DNA of 64,000 nucleotides from an uncultured Thermus sp. (GCA_947085095.1 CAMTVD010000018.1:32001-96000), one strand, 5' to 3'; positions 1 through 9,536 are shown, numbered from the stretch's first letter. Numbers and translations are program-made. Notes: generated by a model from the sequence alone, not told the origin.

Positions 1-191
1 TGGCGTACCTTGCCTTCCCGTAAGGCTTCGGGGTAAATGGTCATCCAGGTCCCTTGGTATCGTTCCAGGTCGGAGGGGTGAGCCACCACCAAATCCACGG
101 CAAACCCCTTCTTTTCGTTCTCCGGGCGGGCATCCCCCCGGGCCCGGTTGCCGAAGAGGATCTTGACCGGGGCGAGCTCCGGGTACTCCAC
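1..191 (-). pseudogene. Minimal nucleotidyltransferase (MNT-type antitoxin-like) remnant with an internal deletion; runs off the window edge
   Basis: My translation from GTG at 191 is (M)EYPELAPVKILFGNRARGDARPENEKKGFAVDLVVAHPSDLERYQGTWMTIYPEALREGKVR. It resembles the MNT pattern LFGSxARG...DxDL...VDLVV...EALREG, but GS is GN and the DxD segment is missing. Confidence 0.6.
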
Positions 192-195
192 CCCT

Positions 196-1416
196 TCAGT
201 CTACGAAAAGGAGGCGGAAGTCGTTGAGGTTGGTGCCCGTGGGGCCGGTCCTGAGGAGAGTCCCTGCCTCCTGGAAGAAGGCCAGGCTGTCGTTGGCCTC
301 GAGGTAGGGCCCTGGGTCCAGGCCCTTCTGCCAAACCTCGGGCGTGAGGAGGGCGCCGGCGGCCCCGCTATTCCCATCCAGGCCGTCGGAGTCTGCGGCC
401 AGGGCATAGAGGGGAGCCTTCAGGTGGGCGTAGAGGGCCAGAAGGAACTCCAGGTTCCGCCCGCCCTTTCCCTTTCCCCGCACGCGCACCTGGGCCTCGC
501 CCCCGGAGAGGAGGAAGAGGGGCTTTCTGAAGGGCAGGCCGTGGGCGCGGATGGTCTCCACCAGCTCGGCGTGGAAGCGGGCCAGCTCCCGGGCCTCCCC
601 GCCGAAGCGGTCGGAGAGGATGGCCGCCCTGTGGCCCCTTTCCCGGAGGAACCCCTGGGCCGCCTTCAGGAGGTCCAGGTTCCGCCCCACCATCCGCCAG
701 GAAAGCCGCCTTCGGGCGGGGTCGCCGGGCTTCAGGGTTTCCGGCACCTCCTTCCTTTTCCCCCGGAGGAGCGCTTCCCGGGCCTCGGGGAAGCCGAGGC
801 CGTAACGGTCCAGGACCTCGAGGGCCTCACCAAAGGTGCTGGGGTCGGGGTGGAAGGGCCCCGAGGCGATGACGCTGGGGTCGTCCCCGGGCACGTCGGA
901 GAGGAGGAGGGCGTGGACCCGGGCCCTGGTGGCGAGGAGGGCTCTGCCCCCCTTGATGCGGGAGAGGTGCTTGCGCACCGCGTTCACCTCCCCGATGCTG
1001 GCTCCGCTTTTCAGGAGGGCCTCGGTGAGGGCCTTTTTCCCCGCCAGGGAGACCCCGAAGGGGGCGCACCAGAGGGCGCTCCCACCCCCGGAGAGGAGGG
1101 CCAGGACCCGGGCTTTGGGGGAAAGCCCCTGTAAGAGGGAAAGGACCTCCTCTGCCGCCCGCACGCTTTCCCCGTCGGGCACGGGGTGGGAAGCGAAGCG
1201 GGCCTTCAGGCCCAGGGGGTCTTGGCCCTGGGGTAGGGTGAGGTGGTAGGGGACCTCCCCGTAGCGGTCCAGGGCCGCCTTCAGCATGGGGGCCGCGGCC
1301 TTGCCCACCGCCAGGATGAGGTCCGGCCGCCAGGGGGGGAGGGCCTTCTGGACCAGGCGGTAGGGGTCCGTGGCCCTCAGGGCGTGAAAAAAGGCTTCCT
1401 TCAGGAGGGCTTCCAC
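196..1416 (-). CDS. Glycerate 2-kinase (MOFRL / DUF4147 family)
   Basis: AVGKAA, SGGGSAL, SDVPGDDPSVIASGP, GGRN and C-terminal TGPTGTNLND motifs; lies downstream of glcDEF. Confidence 0.9.
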   Translation of the reverse strand: MEALLKEAFFHALRATDPYRLVQKALPPWRPDLILAVGKAAAPMLKAALDRYGEVPYHLTLPQGQDPLGLKARFASHPVPDGESVRAAEEVLSLLQGLSPKARVLALLSGGGSALWCAPFGVSLAGKKALTEALLKSGASIGEVNAVRKHLSRIKGGRALLATRARVHALLLSDVPGDDPSVIASGPFHPDPSTFGEALEVLDRYGLGFPEAREALLRGKRKEVPETLKPGDPARRRLSWRMVGRNLDLLKAAQGFLRERGHRAAILSDRFGGEARELARFHAELVETIRAHGLPFRKPLFLLSGGEAQVRVRGKGKGGRNLEFLLALYAHLKAPLYALAADSDGLDGNSGAAGALLTPEVWQKGLDPGPYLEANDSLAFFQEAGTLLRTGPTGTNLNDFRLLFVD

Positions 1417-1793
1417 GCCAGGTCCGTCCGGTCAAAGTCCTCGCCCTTGTAGAGGAGGGGCTCCCCCTCCACCCGGGCCAGGGCATAGCTCAGGCAGTCG
1501 CCCAGGTTTAGGCCCGCGGGGTGCCGCCCTTTGCCGTAGCGGGCGTAGGCACGCACCGCCTCCTGGTAGTGCTCGGCGGTGAAGGGGACCACCTCGAGGC
1601 CCAGGGCCTCCGCCAGCCGGTCCACCAGGTGGGCTTTCCCAAAGCCCAGCCTCTTGCCTAAAGCCACAGCGGTCTCCACCAGGGTGGGCGCGCCCACCCT
1701 GGCCCGGGGGGCGGTGCGGATGGCCTCTAGATAGACGTCCCTATCGGGCTCAGCCAAGAGGATGGCCAGGAGGGCCGAGGAGTCCACCACCAT
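1401..1793 (-). CDS. vapC: VapC PIN-domain toxin
   Basis: MVVDSSALLAIL start, YGKGRHPAGLNLGDC and LLYKGEDF motifs. Confidence 0.92.
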   Translation of the reverse strand: MVVDSSALLAILLAEPDRDVYLEAIRTAPRARVGAPTLVETAVALGKRLGFGKAHLVDRLAEALGLEVVPFTAEHYQEAVRAYARYGKGRHPAGLNLGDCLSYALARVEGEPLLYKGEDFDRTDLAWKPS

Positions 1794-2039
1794 CTAGCCC
1801 TCCCAAAGCTCGTCCATTTCTTTCTTGGAAATCCCCTTGTCTCTGAGCTCAGGGGGGATCTCGGGCCAGACCTCCTCCTCCAGGAACCTCAGGGCCCGGT
1901 CAAAGCGCCTCTTCTTTTCCAGATCCCTTAGGCGCATCTCCAGGGCCTTCCGGATGGCCTCGGTTTTGCTCTCCCCCGCCAGGCGGGCCACCTCCTCCGC
2001 CAGACGCTCCACCTCCTTGTTGCGAACGGTAAGGGCCAT
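1794..2039 (-). CDS. vapB: VapB antitoxin (PSK transcription factor / Rv0623-like)
   Basis: MALTVRNKEVERLAEEVARLAGESKTEAIRKAL; abuts vapC directly. Confidence 0.9.
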   Translation of the reverse strand: MALTVRNKEVERLAEEVARLAGESKTEAIRKALEMRLRDLEKKRRFDRALRFLEEEVWPEIPPELRDKGISKKEMDELWEG

Positions 2040-2045
2040 GGTTTA

Positions 2046-2075
2046 AGCATATGCAGAAAAAAGTATGCATGTCAA
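2046..2075 (-). promoter_or_regulatory. vapBC promoter (leaderless) with an inverted-repeat operator
   Basis: Minus strand reads TTGACA-18 nt-TATGCT-6 nt-ATG; an ATGCA...TGCAT inverted repeat spans the spacer. Confidence 0.75.
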
Positions 2076-2112
2076 GCAGGGTGGGCCCATGGGAAGCGCA
2101 GAACCTGGGCGC

Positions 2113-3369
2113 CTAGGCCTGGGGCTCCTTCCCCTCGTAGAGGAGGGCTAAGAGCTCGGCGGTGTGGAGAACAGGGAGGTCCAGGTGGGCCTGGATCTGG
2201 GTGAGGCAGCCGATGTTGCCCGTGACCACCAGCTGGGCCCCGGTGGCCTTGAGGTTTTCCGCCTTCCGCCTCCCCAAGGCCTCGGCGATCCCCGGCTGGA
2301 AGAGGTTGTAGGTGCCGGCGCTCCCGCAGCAGAGCTCCCACTCCTTGGGCTCCAGGACCTCCACCCCCGCCGCTCGGAGGAGGTTCCTCGGGGCTTCCCG
2401 CACCCCTTGGGCGTGGGCCAGGTGGCAGGCGTCGTGGTAGGCCACCCTGAGGGGTTTTGGAGGGGGCGGGGGGGGAAGAAAGCCCAGCTCGTCCAGGATG
2501 AGGGAGAGGTCCTTCACCTTGGCGGCGAGGCCCTTGGCCTCCTCCTCCTCGGGCTGGCCCAGGAAGAGGAGGGGGTACTCCTTCATCCCCGAGCCGCACC
2601 CGGCGGCGTTGGTGACCACGTGGTCCACCTCCCGGAAGGCCTCGAGGTTTTTCCTGGCCAGGGCCCTGGCCCCCTCCTCGTCCCCGGCGTGGAGGTTTAG
2701 GGCCCCGCAGCAGGCCTGCTCCTTTAGGACCAGGACCTCCACCCCGTTTTCCTGGAGGACCTTTATGGTGGCCCGGTTGATGGAGGGCCTCAGGACCCTC
2801 TGGGCGCATCCCAGGAGGAGGCCCACCCGGGCCCGCCGCTCCCCTTTGGCGGGGTAGACCTCCTGGTAAGGCTCCTCCTTCTCCAGGCGGTCGGGGAGGA
2901 GGGCGATGGGGGCCTTCAGGGGTTTGGGCAGGGGGAGGGGTTTTAGGAGGGGCTTGAGGCGCACCCCCAGCTCCACCAGGGACCGGAAGCGGCCCGGGTG
3001 GGGAAGGGTGCCGAGGAGGGCCAGGCGGTAGGTCATCTCCAGGGGATAGCGGTGCCGCCTTTCCTCGCTCCAAAGCCGGAAGGTGGCGATGAGCTCCCCG
3101 TAGGGCACCCCGCTGGGGCAGGCGGTGACGCAGGCCTGGCAGGCCAGGCAGCGGTCCAAAAAGGGGAGGGCCTCCTCCAGGGGAAGGCTTTGCTCCAGGA
3201 CCTCCTTCATGAGGAAGATCCGCCCCCTGGGGGAGTCCATCTCCTCCTGGAGGACCACATAGGTGGGGCAGGTGGGGAGGCAGAAGCCGCAGTGCACGCA
3301 GGCCTCTATGGCGTGGGCCATGACCTGGCCCTTGGGGCCCAACTCGTCCACGGGGATCTTGTGCTGCAT
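2113..3369 (-). CDS. glcF: Glycolate oxidase iron-sulfur subunit
   Basis: CVHCGFCLPTCP and CLACQACVTACP 4Fe-4S motifs plus CCG domains. Confidence 0.92.
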   Translation of the reverse strand: MQHKIPVDELGPKGQVMAHAIEACVHCGFCLPTCPTYVVLQEEMDSPRGRIFLMKEVLEQSLPLEEALPFLDRCLACQACVTACPSGVPYGELIATFRLWSEERRHRYPLEMTYRLALLGTLPHPGRFRSLVELGVRLKPLLKPLPLPKPLKAPIALLPDRLEKEEPYQEVYPAKGERRARVGLLLGCAQRVLRPSINRATIKVLQENGVEVLVLKEQACCGALNLHAGDEEGARALARKNLEAFREVDHVVTNAAGCGSGMKEYPLLFLGQPEEEEAKGLAAKVKDLSLILDELGFLPPPPPPKPLRVAYHDACHLAHAQGVREAPRNLLRAAGVEVLEPKEWELCCGSAGTYNLFQPGIAEALGRRKAENLKATGAQLVVTGNIGCLTQIQAHLDLPVLHTAELLALLYEGKEPQA

Positions 3370-3373
3370 AGCC

Positions 3374-4417
3374 TTACCTTAGGGGAAACCGGCCCATGGG
3401 GTCTAGGGCCTCCTTGACCGAGCGGAAGAAGGCATCGTGGGGTTTGGGGAAGAGGGGCTCCTCCGCTCCCCTCAGGACCAGGTGGGGGATGCCCGCCTCC
3501 TTCAGGGCCTCTCGCCCCTCCTCTTCCAGGCCCACATAGAGGACCTCCCCCCCGTCCAGGTAGCGCCTTGGGCCCAGGGGGAGGCGTTCTAGGAGGGGAA
3601 TCCGGGAAAGCCCCGCGGGCACCTTGGCGAGGATGGGGCTTCCCTCCAGGAAGGCCAGGTCCCGCACCCCCTGCCAGTGCCCTTCGTCCTCCTCCAGGAC
3701 CTCCCCACCCCCCAGGAGGCCCCTGAGCTTTTCCAGACGCTCCCTCACGCTTTCGGGAAAGCCTCCCAGGCGGGCCTCGAGGGTGGCCGGGGGCAGGAGG
3801 TCCAGGGCCAGGAGGTCCAGGGGCAGAAGCCGCAACCGCTCCAGGGTGGCCAGGGCTTCCTCCAAGCCCCCTAGGGCTACCCGCAGGGTCTTGGTGGCCC
3901 TGGGACGGGGGAAGACCTTGAAGGAAAGCTCCACCACCACCCCAAAGGCCCCCAAGGAGCCCACCATGAGGCGGTGGAAGGGGAAGCCGGCGGCGTTTTT
4001 CACCACCTTACCCCCGCCCCGGACCAGGTTTCCCTCGCCATCCACGAAGCGCACCCCCAGGATGAAGTCCCTGAGGCCGCCAAAGCGGTGGCGCATGGGC
4101 CCGGATAGCCCCGCGGCCACGGTGCCCCCCAGGGTGGCCCCCTGCCCCGAGAGGGGAGGGTCAAAGGGGAGGTACTGGCCGTGGGCCCTTAGGGTTTCCT
4201 CTATCTCCTGGATGGGGGTACCGGCCCAGGCGGTGAAGACGAACTCCTCGGGCTCGTACTCCCGGATGCCCCGGAGGGCGGAGAGGTCCAGGGTGGCTTC
4301 CCCCTCTCTGGGCAGGGAAAGGGCGGGTTTGCTCCCTCCCCCCTTGGGCCGAAGGCGGGGGTGGGTTAGGACCGCCTCCCGCACCTCCTCCAGGTTGGTG
4401 GGCTTAAGCGTGGGCAT
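3374..4417 (-). CDS. glcE: Glycolate oxidase FAD-binding subunit
   Basis: FAD_binding_4 features, [10 protein letters not shown]; lies between glcD and glcF. Confidence 0.88.
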   Translation of the reverse strand: MPTLKPTNLEEVREAVLTHPRLRPKGGGSKPALSLPREGEATLDLSALRGIREYEPEEFVFTAWAGTPIQEIEETLRAHGQYLPFDPPLSGQGATLGGTVAAGLSGPMRHRFGGLRDFILGVRFVDGEGNLVRGGGKVVKNAAGFPFHRLMVGSLGAFGVVVELSFKVFPRPRATKTLRVALGGLEEALATLERLRLLPLDLLALDLLPPATLEARLGGFPESVRERLEKLRGLLGGGEVLEEDEGHWQGVRDLAFLEGSPILAKVPAGLSRIPLLERLPLGPRRYLDGGEVLYVGLEEEGREALKEAGIPHLVLRGAEEPLFPKPHDAFFRSVKEALDPMGRFPLR

Positions 4418-5789
4418 GGTCTTCCTCCGGCAGAACTTTGCCCCGGTTGGCGAGGCCCTTGGGGTCCAACAGGGCCTTCACCCGCTCCATGGTCAGGAGG
4501 TCCTCCCGGGCGAACATCTCCGGCATGTAGGCCTTCTTCTCCACCCCGATCCCGTGCTCCCCGGTGAGGGAGCCTCCCAGGCGCACGCAAAGCCTCAGGA
4601 TCTCGCCGGCCAGCTCCTCGGCCCGTTCCAGCTCCCCGGGCTTCTTGCCGTCGTAGAGGACCAGGGGGTGGAGGTTTCCGTCCCCGGCGTGGAAGACGTT
4701 CGCCACCCTGAGGCCGTAGGCCTGGGAAAGCCTCTGGATCTCCCTCAAGGCCTCCCCCAGGCGGCTTCTCGGCACCACCCCGTCCTGGACGAGGTAGTCG
4801 GGGGAGAGCCGGCCCACGGCGCTGAAGGCCGCCTTACGGCCCTTCCAGATGGCCTGCCTTTCCGCCTCGCTCTTGGCGATGCGCACCTCGTGGGCCCCGC
4901 TTTCCTGGATGACCCGGTGGAGCACCCCGGCCTCCGCCGCCACCTCCTCCTTGGGGCCCTCCAGCTCCACGATGAGGAGGGCCTCCGCCTTGGGGTAGCC
5001 CGCCTTCACCGCGGCCTCGGCAGCCTCTATGGCCAGGTGGTCCATGATCTCCATGGCCCCGGGAAGAAGCCCTGCCCGGATGACCCGGCTCACCGCCTCC
5101 CCTGCTCTCTCCAGGCTGTCGTAGGCGGCGAGGAGGGTGTGGTAGGCCTCGGGCCTGGGCAGGAGCCGCAGGGTGATCTCCAGGGCCACCCCCAAAAGCC
5201 CCTCGGTGCCCACGAAGAAGCCATGGAGGTCCGGGCCCACGCCCTCCAGACCCTCCCCGCCCAGGCGCACCACCTCGCCCTTGGGGGTGACAATTTCCAG
5301 ACCCAGGACGTGGTTGGCGGTCATCCCGTACTTCAAGCAGTGGGCCCCCCCGGAGTTGAAGGCCACGTTGCCCCCGAGGGTGGACACGGGCTGGCTGGAG
5401 GGGTCGGGGGCGTAGAGGAGGCCGAAGGGGGCCGCCTGGCGGGAAACCTCCAGGTTCACCACCCCGGGCTCCACCACGGCGATGCGGGCCTTGGGGTCAA
5501 GCCTCAGGATCCGGTTCAGGCGGTTGAGGGCTATGACGATCCCCCCCTCCACGGGAAGGGAGCCCCCGCTTAGGCTGGTGCCGCTTCCCCGGGCCACGAA
5601 GGGGACACCGTGGCGGTGGCAGAGCCGCACCACCTCCACCACCTCCTCCTTCCTCTCGGGCAGGACCACGGCCAGGGGGCGCTTGCGGTAGGCGGTGAGG
5701 GCGTCGGACTCGTAAGGGGCGAGCTCCGCCTCCTTGGTGAGGACCCTGCTCCCCGGCAAAAGGGCCTTTAGCTCCTGCAGAAAGCCCAC
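4404..5789 (-). CDS. glcD: Glycolate oxidase subunit GlcD
   Basis: [24 protein letters not shown] and GEHGIG motifs. Confidence 0.92.
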   Translation of the reverse strand: MGFLQELKALLPGSRVLTKEAELAPYESDALTAYRKRPLAVVLPERKEEVVEVVRLCHRHGVPFVARGSGTSLSGGSLPVEGGIVIALNRLNRILRLDPKARIAVVEPGVVNLEVSRQAAPFGLLYAPDPSSQPVSTLGGNVAFNSGGAHCLKYGMTANHVLGLEIVTPKGEVVRLGGEGLEGVGPDLHGFFVGTEGLLGVALEITLRLLPRPEAYHTLLAAYDSLERAGEAVSRVIRAGLLPGAMEIMDHLAIEAAEAAVKAGYPKAEALLIVELEGPKEEVAAEAGVLHRVIQESGAHEVRIAKSEAERQAIWKGRKAAFSAVGRLSPDYLVQDGVVPRSRLGEALREIQRLSQAYGLRVANVFHAGDGNLHPLVLYDGKKPGELERAEELAGEILRLCVRLGGSLTGEHGIGVEKKAYMPEMFAREDLLTMERVKALLDPKGLANRGKVLPEEDHAHA

Positions 5790-5833
5790 GGGCTTACCTC
5801 CTCTCCCACCACTTTAGCCCATAGAATGGGAGC

Positions 5834-6238
5834 ATGCTCTGCCCTGCAAACGGGAAGGAGGGCCTTCTTGCCCCCCTCAAGACGGTGAAGAACTTCCTCA
5901 CCGGCAAGGCCCTGGCCCGCCTGGACCCGCAAAGCCCCCACTACCTCTGCCAGGACCCGGCCTGCTCCGTGGTCTACTACGGCTACGGCCGCGAAGGGGT
6001 CTACACCCTCGAGGAGGTGCGCTTCCCCGTCTACGACAAGGGGGCCTCCTGGGTCTGCTACTGCTTTGACTGGACCCTTGAGGCCATCCGGGAGGCCCTG
6101 GCCCAGGGGGAGGACCCCGTGGCCCAGGTGGAGGCGGGGGTGCGGGCCAAGCGGTGCGCCTGCGAATGGCGCAACCCCCGGGGGAAGTGTTGCCTGGCTA
6201 TCCTGAGGGCGGAGGTGGAGGGGCTTGCCCGCCCTTGA
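5834..6238 (+). CDS. CopZ N-terminal-like Zn/[2Fe-2S] Cys-rich protein
   Basis: CP...LCQDPACSVVYY...VCYCF...CACEWRNPRGKCC resembles the N-terminal domain of Archaeoglobus CopZ; no HMA domain. Confidence 0.75.
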   Translation: MLCPANGKEGLLAPLKTVKNFLTGKALARLDPQSPHYLCQDPACSVVYYGYGREGVYTLEEVRFPVYDKGASWVCYCFDWTLEAIREALAQGEDPVAQVEAGVRAKRCACEWRNPRGKCCLAILRAEVEGLARP

Positions 6239-7754
6239 GGAAGCCTTCCGGGAGCGCCTTCTTCGCCTGGCACCCCAAGACCCCCTGGTCCTGGCGGTCT
6301 CCGGCGGCGGGGACTCCGTGGCCCTGGCCCACCTGGTGAGGCGGGCGGAAAGGAGGGCGGTGGTGGCCCACCTGGACCACGCCCTGCGCCCGGATAGCGG
6401 CGAAGACCTCCTCTTCGTGCGCAACCTGGCCCAGAGGCTTGGCTTTCCCTTTTACGGGGAGCGGGTGGAGGTGGGGCGGATCGCCAGGGAGAGGGGGGAG
6501 AACCTCGAGGCCCTGGCCCGGGAGGTGCGCTACGCCTTCCTCCACCGGGTGGCCAAGGAGGTGGGGGCCAAGGCCATCCTCACCGCCCACACCCTGGACG
6601 ACCAGGCGGAGACGGTCTTGCTTAAGCTCCTCCAGGGCACGGCCCGGGGCCTGGGCATCCGGGAGAAGGAGGGGATGGTGGTCCGCCCCCTCCTCCCCTT
6701 TGCCCGGGAGGAGCTAAGGGCCTACCTCCTGGCCCTGGGGGAGGCCTGGCGGGAGGACCCCACGAACCAGGACCTGGCCCTGGACCGCAACTACCTGAGG
6801 CTTGCCGTTTTCCCCCTCCTCCTGGAGCGCTTTCCCCGGGCCAAAGAAGCCCTCGCCCGCTTCGCCAGGGCCCAGGAGGAAGAGGAGGCTTTCCTGGAGG
6901 AGATGGCGGCGGCCCGCCTCCTCCCCGACCCCCGCTTCCTCGTGCCCGCCTACCGGGCCCTCCCCCTCTTAAGGGCCCCAGAGGCGGTGCGCAGGAGGGC
7001 CCTGAGGCGGATTCTGGAGGGCCTGGACCTCCGCCCCGAGGCCCGGCTCATCGCCCTCCTGGAGGAGGCCCTAAGGGGAAGGGCGGGGACGCTTCCTGGG
7101 GGGTACCTGGCCCGGCGGCACCTGGGGACGCTCTTCCTCATCCCCCCCAACCCCAGGATTCCCCTCCCTAAGGGCTTCCGCAGGCCCCTTCCCGGGGACT
7201 ATCTGGAAAGGCCCTTTGGCAGGAAGCGCTTGGTGGAGTTTTTGGCGGAGAAAGGGGTGCCCAGGGAGCTCAGGCCCCTCTGGCCCGTGAAGGGGGAGGA
7301 AGGCCGGGTGGAGGCGGTCTTGGGCCTCTTTCCCCCTTCGGAAGAGGAGGACCTCATGGGGCTCGCCTTGGAGGAGGCCAGGAAGGCCTATGCGGAGGGG
7401 GAGGTGCCCGTGGGGGCGGTTTTGGTCCTGGAAGGGGAGGTCCATGGGGAGCGCAACCGGGTGGAGGCCACCAAAGACCCCACGGCCCACGCGGAGGTGC
7501 TCCTCTTGCGAAGGTTGGGGAAAAGGGCCCGGGGAGGGCGGCTTTTCGTGACCCTGGAGCCCTGCCGCATGTGCCACCACGCCCTCCTGGAGGCGGGGGT
7601 GGAGGTGGTCTACGGGGCGGAGAACCTGAAGGAGGGGGCCCTCACCCGCTATGGCCAGGGGGGAGGGCTTCGGGGTGGCCTGAGGGAAGGGGAGTGTGCT
7701 AAGCTCTTAAGGGATTTCTTCGCCCGGCTCAGGGAGGGGTGCCGGAGCGGTTGA
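6225..7754 (+). CDS. tilS: tRNA(Ile)-lysidine synthetase fused to a C-terminal TadA-like deaminase
   Basis: SGGGDS PP-loop, AHTLDDQAET, RNYLR; C-terminal EVPVGAV, DPTAHAE and TLEPCRMC. Confidence 0.92.
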   Translation: MPALEEAFRERLLRLAPQDPLVLAVSGGGDSVALAHLVRRAERRAVVAHLDHALRPDSGEDLLFVRNLAQRLGFPFYGERVEVGRIARERGENLEALAREVRYAFLHRVAKEVGAKAILTAHTLDDQAETVLLKLLQGTARGLGIREKEGMVVRPLLPFAREELRAYLLALGEAWREDPTNQDLALDRNYLRLAVFPLLLERFPRAKEALARFARAQEEEEAFLEEMAAARLLPDPRFLVPAYRALPLLRAPEAVRRRALRRILEGLDLRPEARLIALLEEALRGRAGTLPGGYLARRHLGTLFLIPPNPRIPLPKGFRRPLPGDYLERPFGRKRLVEFLAEKGVPRELRPLWPVKGEEGRVEAVLGLFPPSEEEDLMGLALEEARKAYAEGEVPVGAVLVLEGEVHGERNRVEATKDPTAHAEVLLLRRLGKRARGGRLFVTLEPCRMCHHALLEAGVEVVYGAENLKEGALTRYGQGGGLRGGLREGECAKLLRDFFARLREGCRSG

Positions 7755-7824
7755 ACGGGCCGGTCTCGAAAACCGGTAGGCTCCGCAAGGGGCCTCGCGG
7801 GTTCGAATCCCGCCCCCTCCGCCA
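7733..7824 (+). tRNA. tRNA-Ser (CGA anticodon)
   Basis: Acceptor stem GGAGGGG/CCCCTCC followed by GCCA, anticodon arm CCGGT-CTCGAAA-ACCGG, long variable arm, GGTTCGAATCC T-arm. Confidence 0.96.
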
Positions 7825-7853
7825 AAGGCGGCCCTTTGGCCGCCTTTCCTTTT
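7824..7853 (+). terminator. Intrinsic terminator after tRNA-Ser
   Basis: AAAGGCGGCC-CTTT-GGCCGCCTTT followed by a T-rich tail. Confidence 0.75.
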
Positions 7854-7886
7854 CTGCAAGGTGGGGAAAGGGCTAGACTGAACCCG

Positions 7887-8249
7887 GTGCGCGGGCTGGC
7901 CTTGACCTTGGGTTTCTTCTTCACCGGGCTGGGCTTTTTGGGAAGCCTTCTCCCGGTTTTGCCCTCCACGCCCTTTTTCCTCCTGGCCGCTTACTTCTTC
8001 TCCCGCTCCAACCCCCGCCTCGAGGCCTGGCTCCTGGGCCTCCCTAAGGTGGGCCCCCTCATCCGGGACTACCGGGAGGGTCGGGGCATGTCCTGGGGGG
8101 CCAAGGCCTGGGCCACCCTCTTCATCCTCCTGGGGGCCGCCCTAAGCCTCCTCCGCCTCTCCCACCCCTGGGTTCAGGCCCTCCTGGTGGGCCTGGTGGC
8201 CTATGCCCTCTACTTCATCTGGAAAAAGGTCCCCACCCAAGGGGCCTAG
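7887..8249 (+). CDS. YbaN / DUF454 family membrane protein
   Basis: LLPVLPSTPFFLLAAYFFSRSNPRLEAWLL; likely GTG start at 7887, just after a TAGACT -10 element. Confidence 0.85.
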   Translation: MRGLALTLGFFFTGLGFLGSLLPVLPSTPFFLLAAYFFSRSNPRLEAWLLGLPKVGPLIRDYREGRGMSWGAKAWATLFILLGAALSLLRLSHPWVQALLVGLVAYALYFIWKKVPTQGA

Positions 8250-8851
8250 AGCACCTGGTACCCCCACCTTCCCCCTAGGACCCCAAGCCCTTTAAGCAGG
8301 GCCTCCACCTCCTCCCGGCCCTGGGGAAGGCCCTTTAGGAGCAGGTAGAGGAGGCTTGCCAGCTCCCCGAGGAGGGCGAAGCCAAAGCGCTTTTTCTCCT
8401 CTTCCCAGAGGGCTTCCATGCGCAGGTGGGCCATGCGCCAGGGCACGGGGAGGAAGTGCCCCTTGGGCGGGGCCGCCTCGGGGGCGCAAAGCCTGGGGTC
8501 CCCCTCTGTGAGGAGGCCCCGGCAGGCCAGGGGGCGCTGGGGGTAGAGCCCACAAAGCCCCTCCTCCAGGAGGGGGCAGGGGGTGCGGCTTTGGAAGAAG
8601 CGGCTGGGGAAGCGGGGGTCGTCCTTGCCCTCCCTTAGGAGGGTGAGGCGCCTGGGGCCTTCCTCAAATAAGCGCTCCTTCTGGGCGGGGGTGAGGTGGG
8701 GGAGGAGGGCTTCCGCCTCGAGGCGGGAGAGGGTGACGAGGCCGAAGCAGCAGGCAAAGCACCCCGCCTGGCAGGAGGGCTTGACCCCCTTTTTCGCCAG
8801 GTAGTCCGCGAGGTCCAGGTCAAAGACCTGGAAAAGGGTTTCCGCGTTCAT
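8246..8851 (-). CDS. YkgJ-family cysteine-cluster (CxxCxxCC) protein
   Basis: CQAGCFACC, CPLLEEGLCGLYPQRPLACR. Confidence 0.85.
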   Translation of the reverse strand: MNAETLFQVFDLDLADYLAKKGVKPSCQAGCFACCFGLVTLSRLEAEALLPHLTPAQKERLFEEGPRRLTLLREGKDDPRFPSRFFQSRTPCPLLEEGLCGLYPQRPLACRGLLTEGDPRLCAPEAAPPKGHFLPVPWRMAHLRMEALWEEEKKRFGFALLGELASLLYLLLKGLPQGREEVEALLKGLGVLGGRWGYQVL

Positions 8852-9024
8852 CGGCGCTGGCGGTAAAGTCCCTTCCTGGGGTCAAAGGGACAGGCGCGGA
8901 GGGCCACCTGGGGGCAGAAGCGCCGGTGGCGGCGCACCTCCTCCGCCAGGGGCCGGGGAAGGCCGCAAACGGGGCAGGGGGCCCTACCCTTGGCCCTTTG
9001 GAAGAGGCGGAGGAGCCCTCTCAC
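8848..9024 (-). CDS. Small hypothetical protein, 58 aa, four Cys (absent from the ORF track)
   Basis: GTG...TGA gives MRGLLRLFQRAKGRAPCPVCGLPRPLAEEVRRHRRFCPQVALRACPFDPRKGLYRQRR; the stop overlaps the YkgJ start (ATGA). Confidence 0.6.
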   Translation of the reverse strand: MRGLLRLFQRAKGRAPCPVCGLPRPLAEEVRRHRRFCPQVALRACPFDPRKGLYRQRR

Positions 9025-9047
9025 CCCACACAGGGTACCATGGGGGC

Positions 9048-9536
9048 ATGCCTGCGCCCTTTCTGGAACCCCTGGTGCCGGGGGTGCCCCCGGCGGTTTC
9101 GGCCTGGATAAGGGGCCTCGAGGAGGTCCGGCTCCAGCTGGGGAAGTGGGCCTTTGACCTTCCCCAGGAGGCCTTTTGGTGGCGGCCCAAGGAGGGAGCG
9201 AACCCCATCGGCGGCCTGGTGCGCCATATCGCGGGAAGCTCCCTGCGCCTGGCCTCCTACGCTCTCGCCCTGCCCCTGCCGGAGTGGGCCGGGCGGGGCC
9301 GGGAGTGGGAGCTATTGGGGGAGGCCGAGCCCAAGGATAGGGTGGTGGCCCGCTTCCAGGAGGCCTGGGACCTCATTCTGGAAAGCCTCAGGAGGGTGCG
9401 GGAGGAGGACCTGGCGGCCTCCGTCCCCGTGGGCGGCCAAGGGGTCCAGGCTCCCCGGGCCCATGTCCTCCACCACCTGGTGGAGCACGCCCAGCACCAC
9501 GCGGGCCAGGTCATCTACGCCCGGAAGCTCCTATAA
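9048..9536 (+). CDS. DinB / YfiT-like metal-dependent protein
   Basis: NPIGGLVRHIAGS and HLVEHAQHHAGQ His motifs. Confidence 0.85.
   Translation: MPAPFLEPLVPGVPPAVSAWIRGLEEVRLQLGKWAFDLPQEAFWWRPKEGANPIGGLVRHIAGSSLRLASYALALPLPEWAGRGREWELLGEAEPKDRVVARFQEAWDLILESLRRVREEDLAASVPVGGQGVQAPRAHVLHHLVEHAQHHAGQVIYARKLL

Noticed and set aside
7733..7900. tRNA-Ser as an integration site for an island
   Set aside because: I saw no integrase, no duplicated tRNA 3' end and no composition shift downstream.
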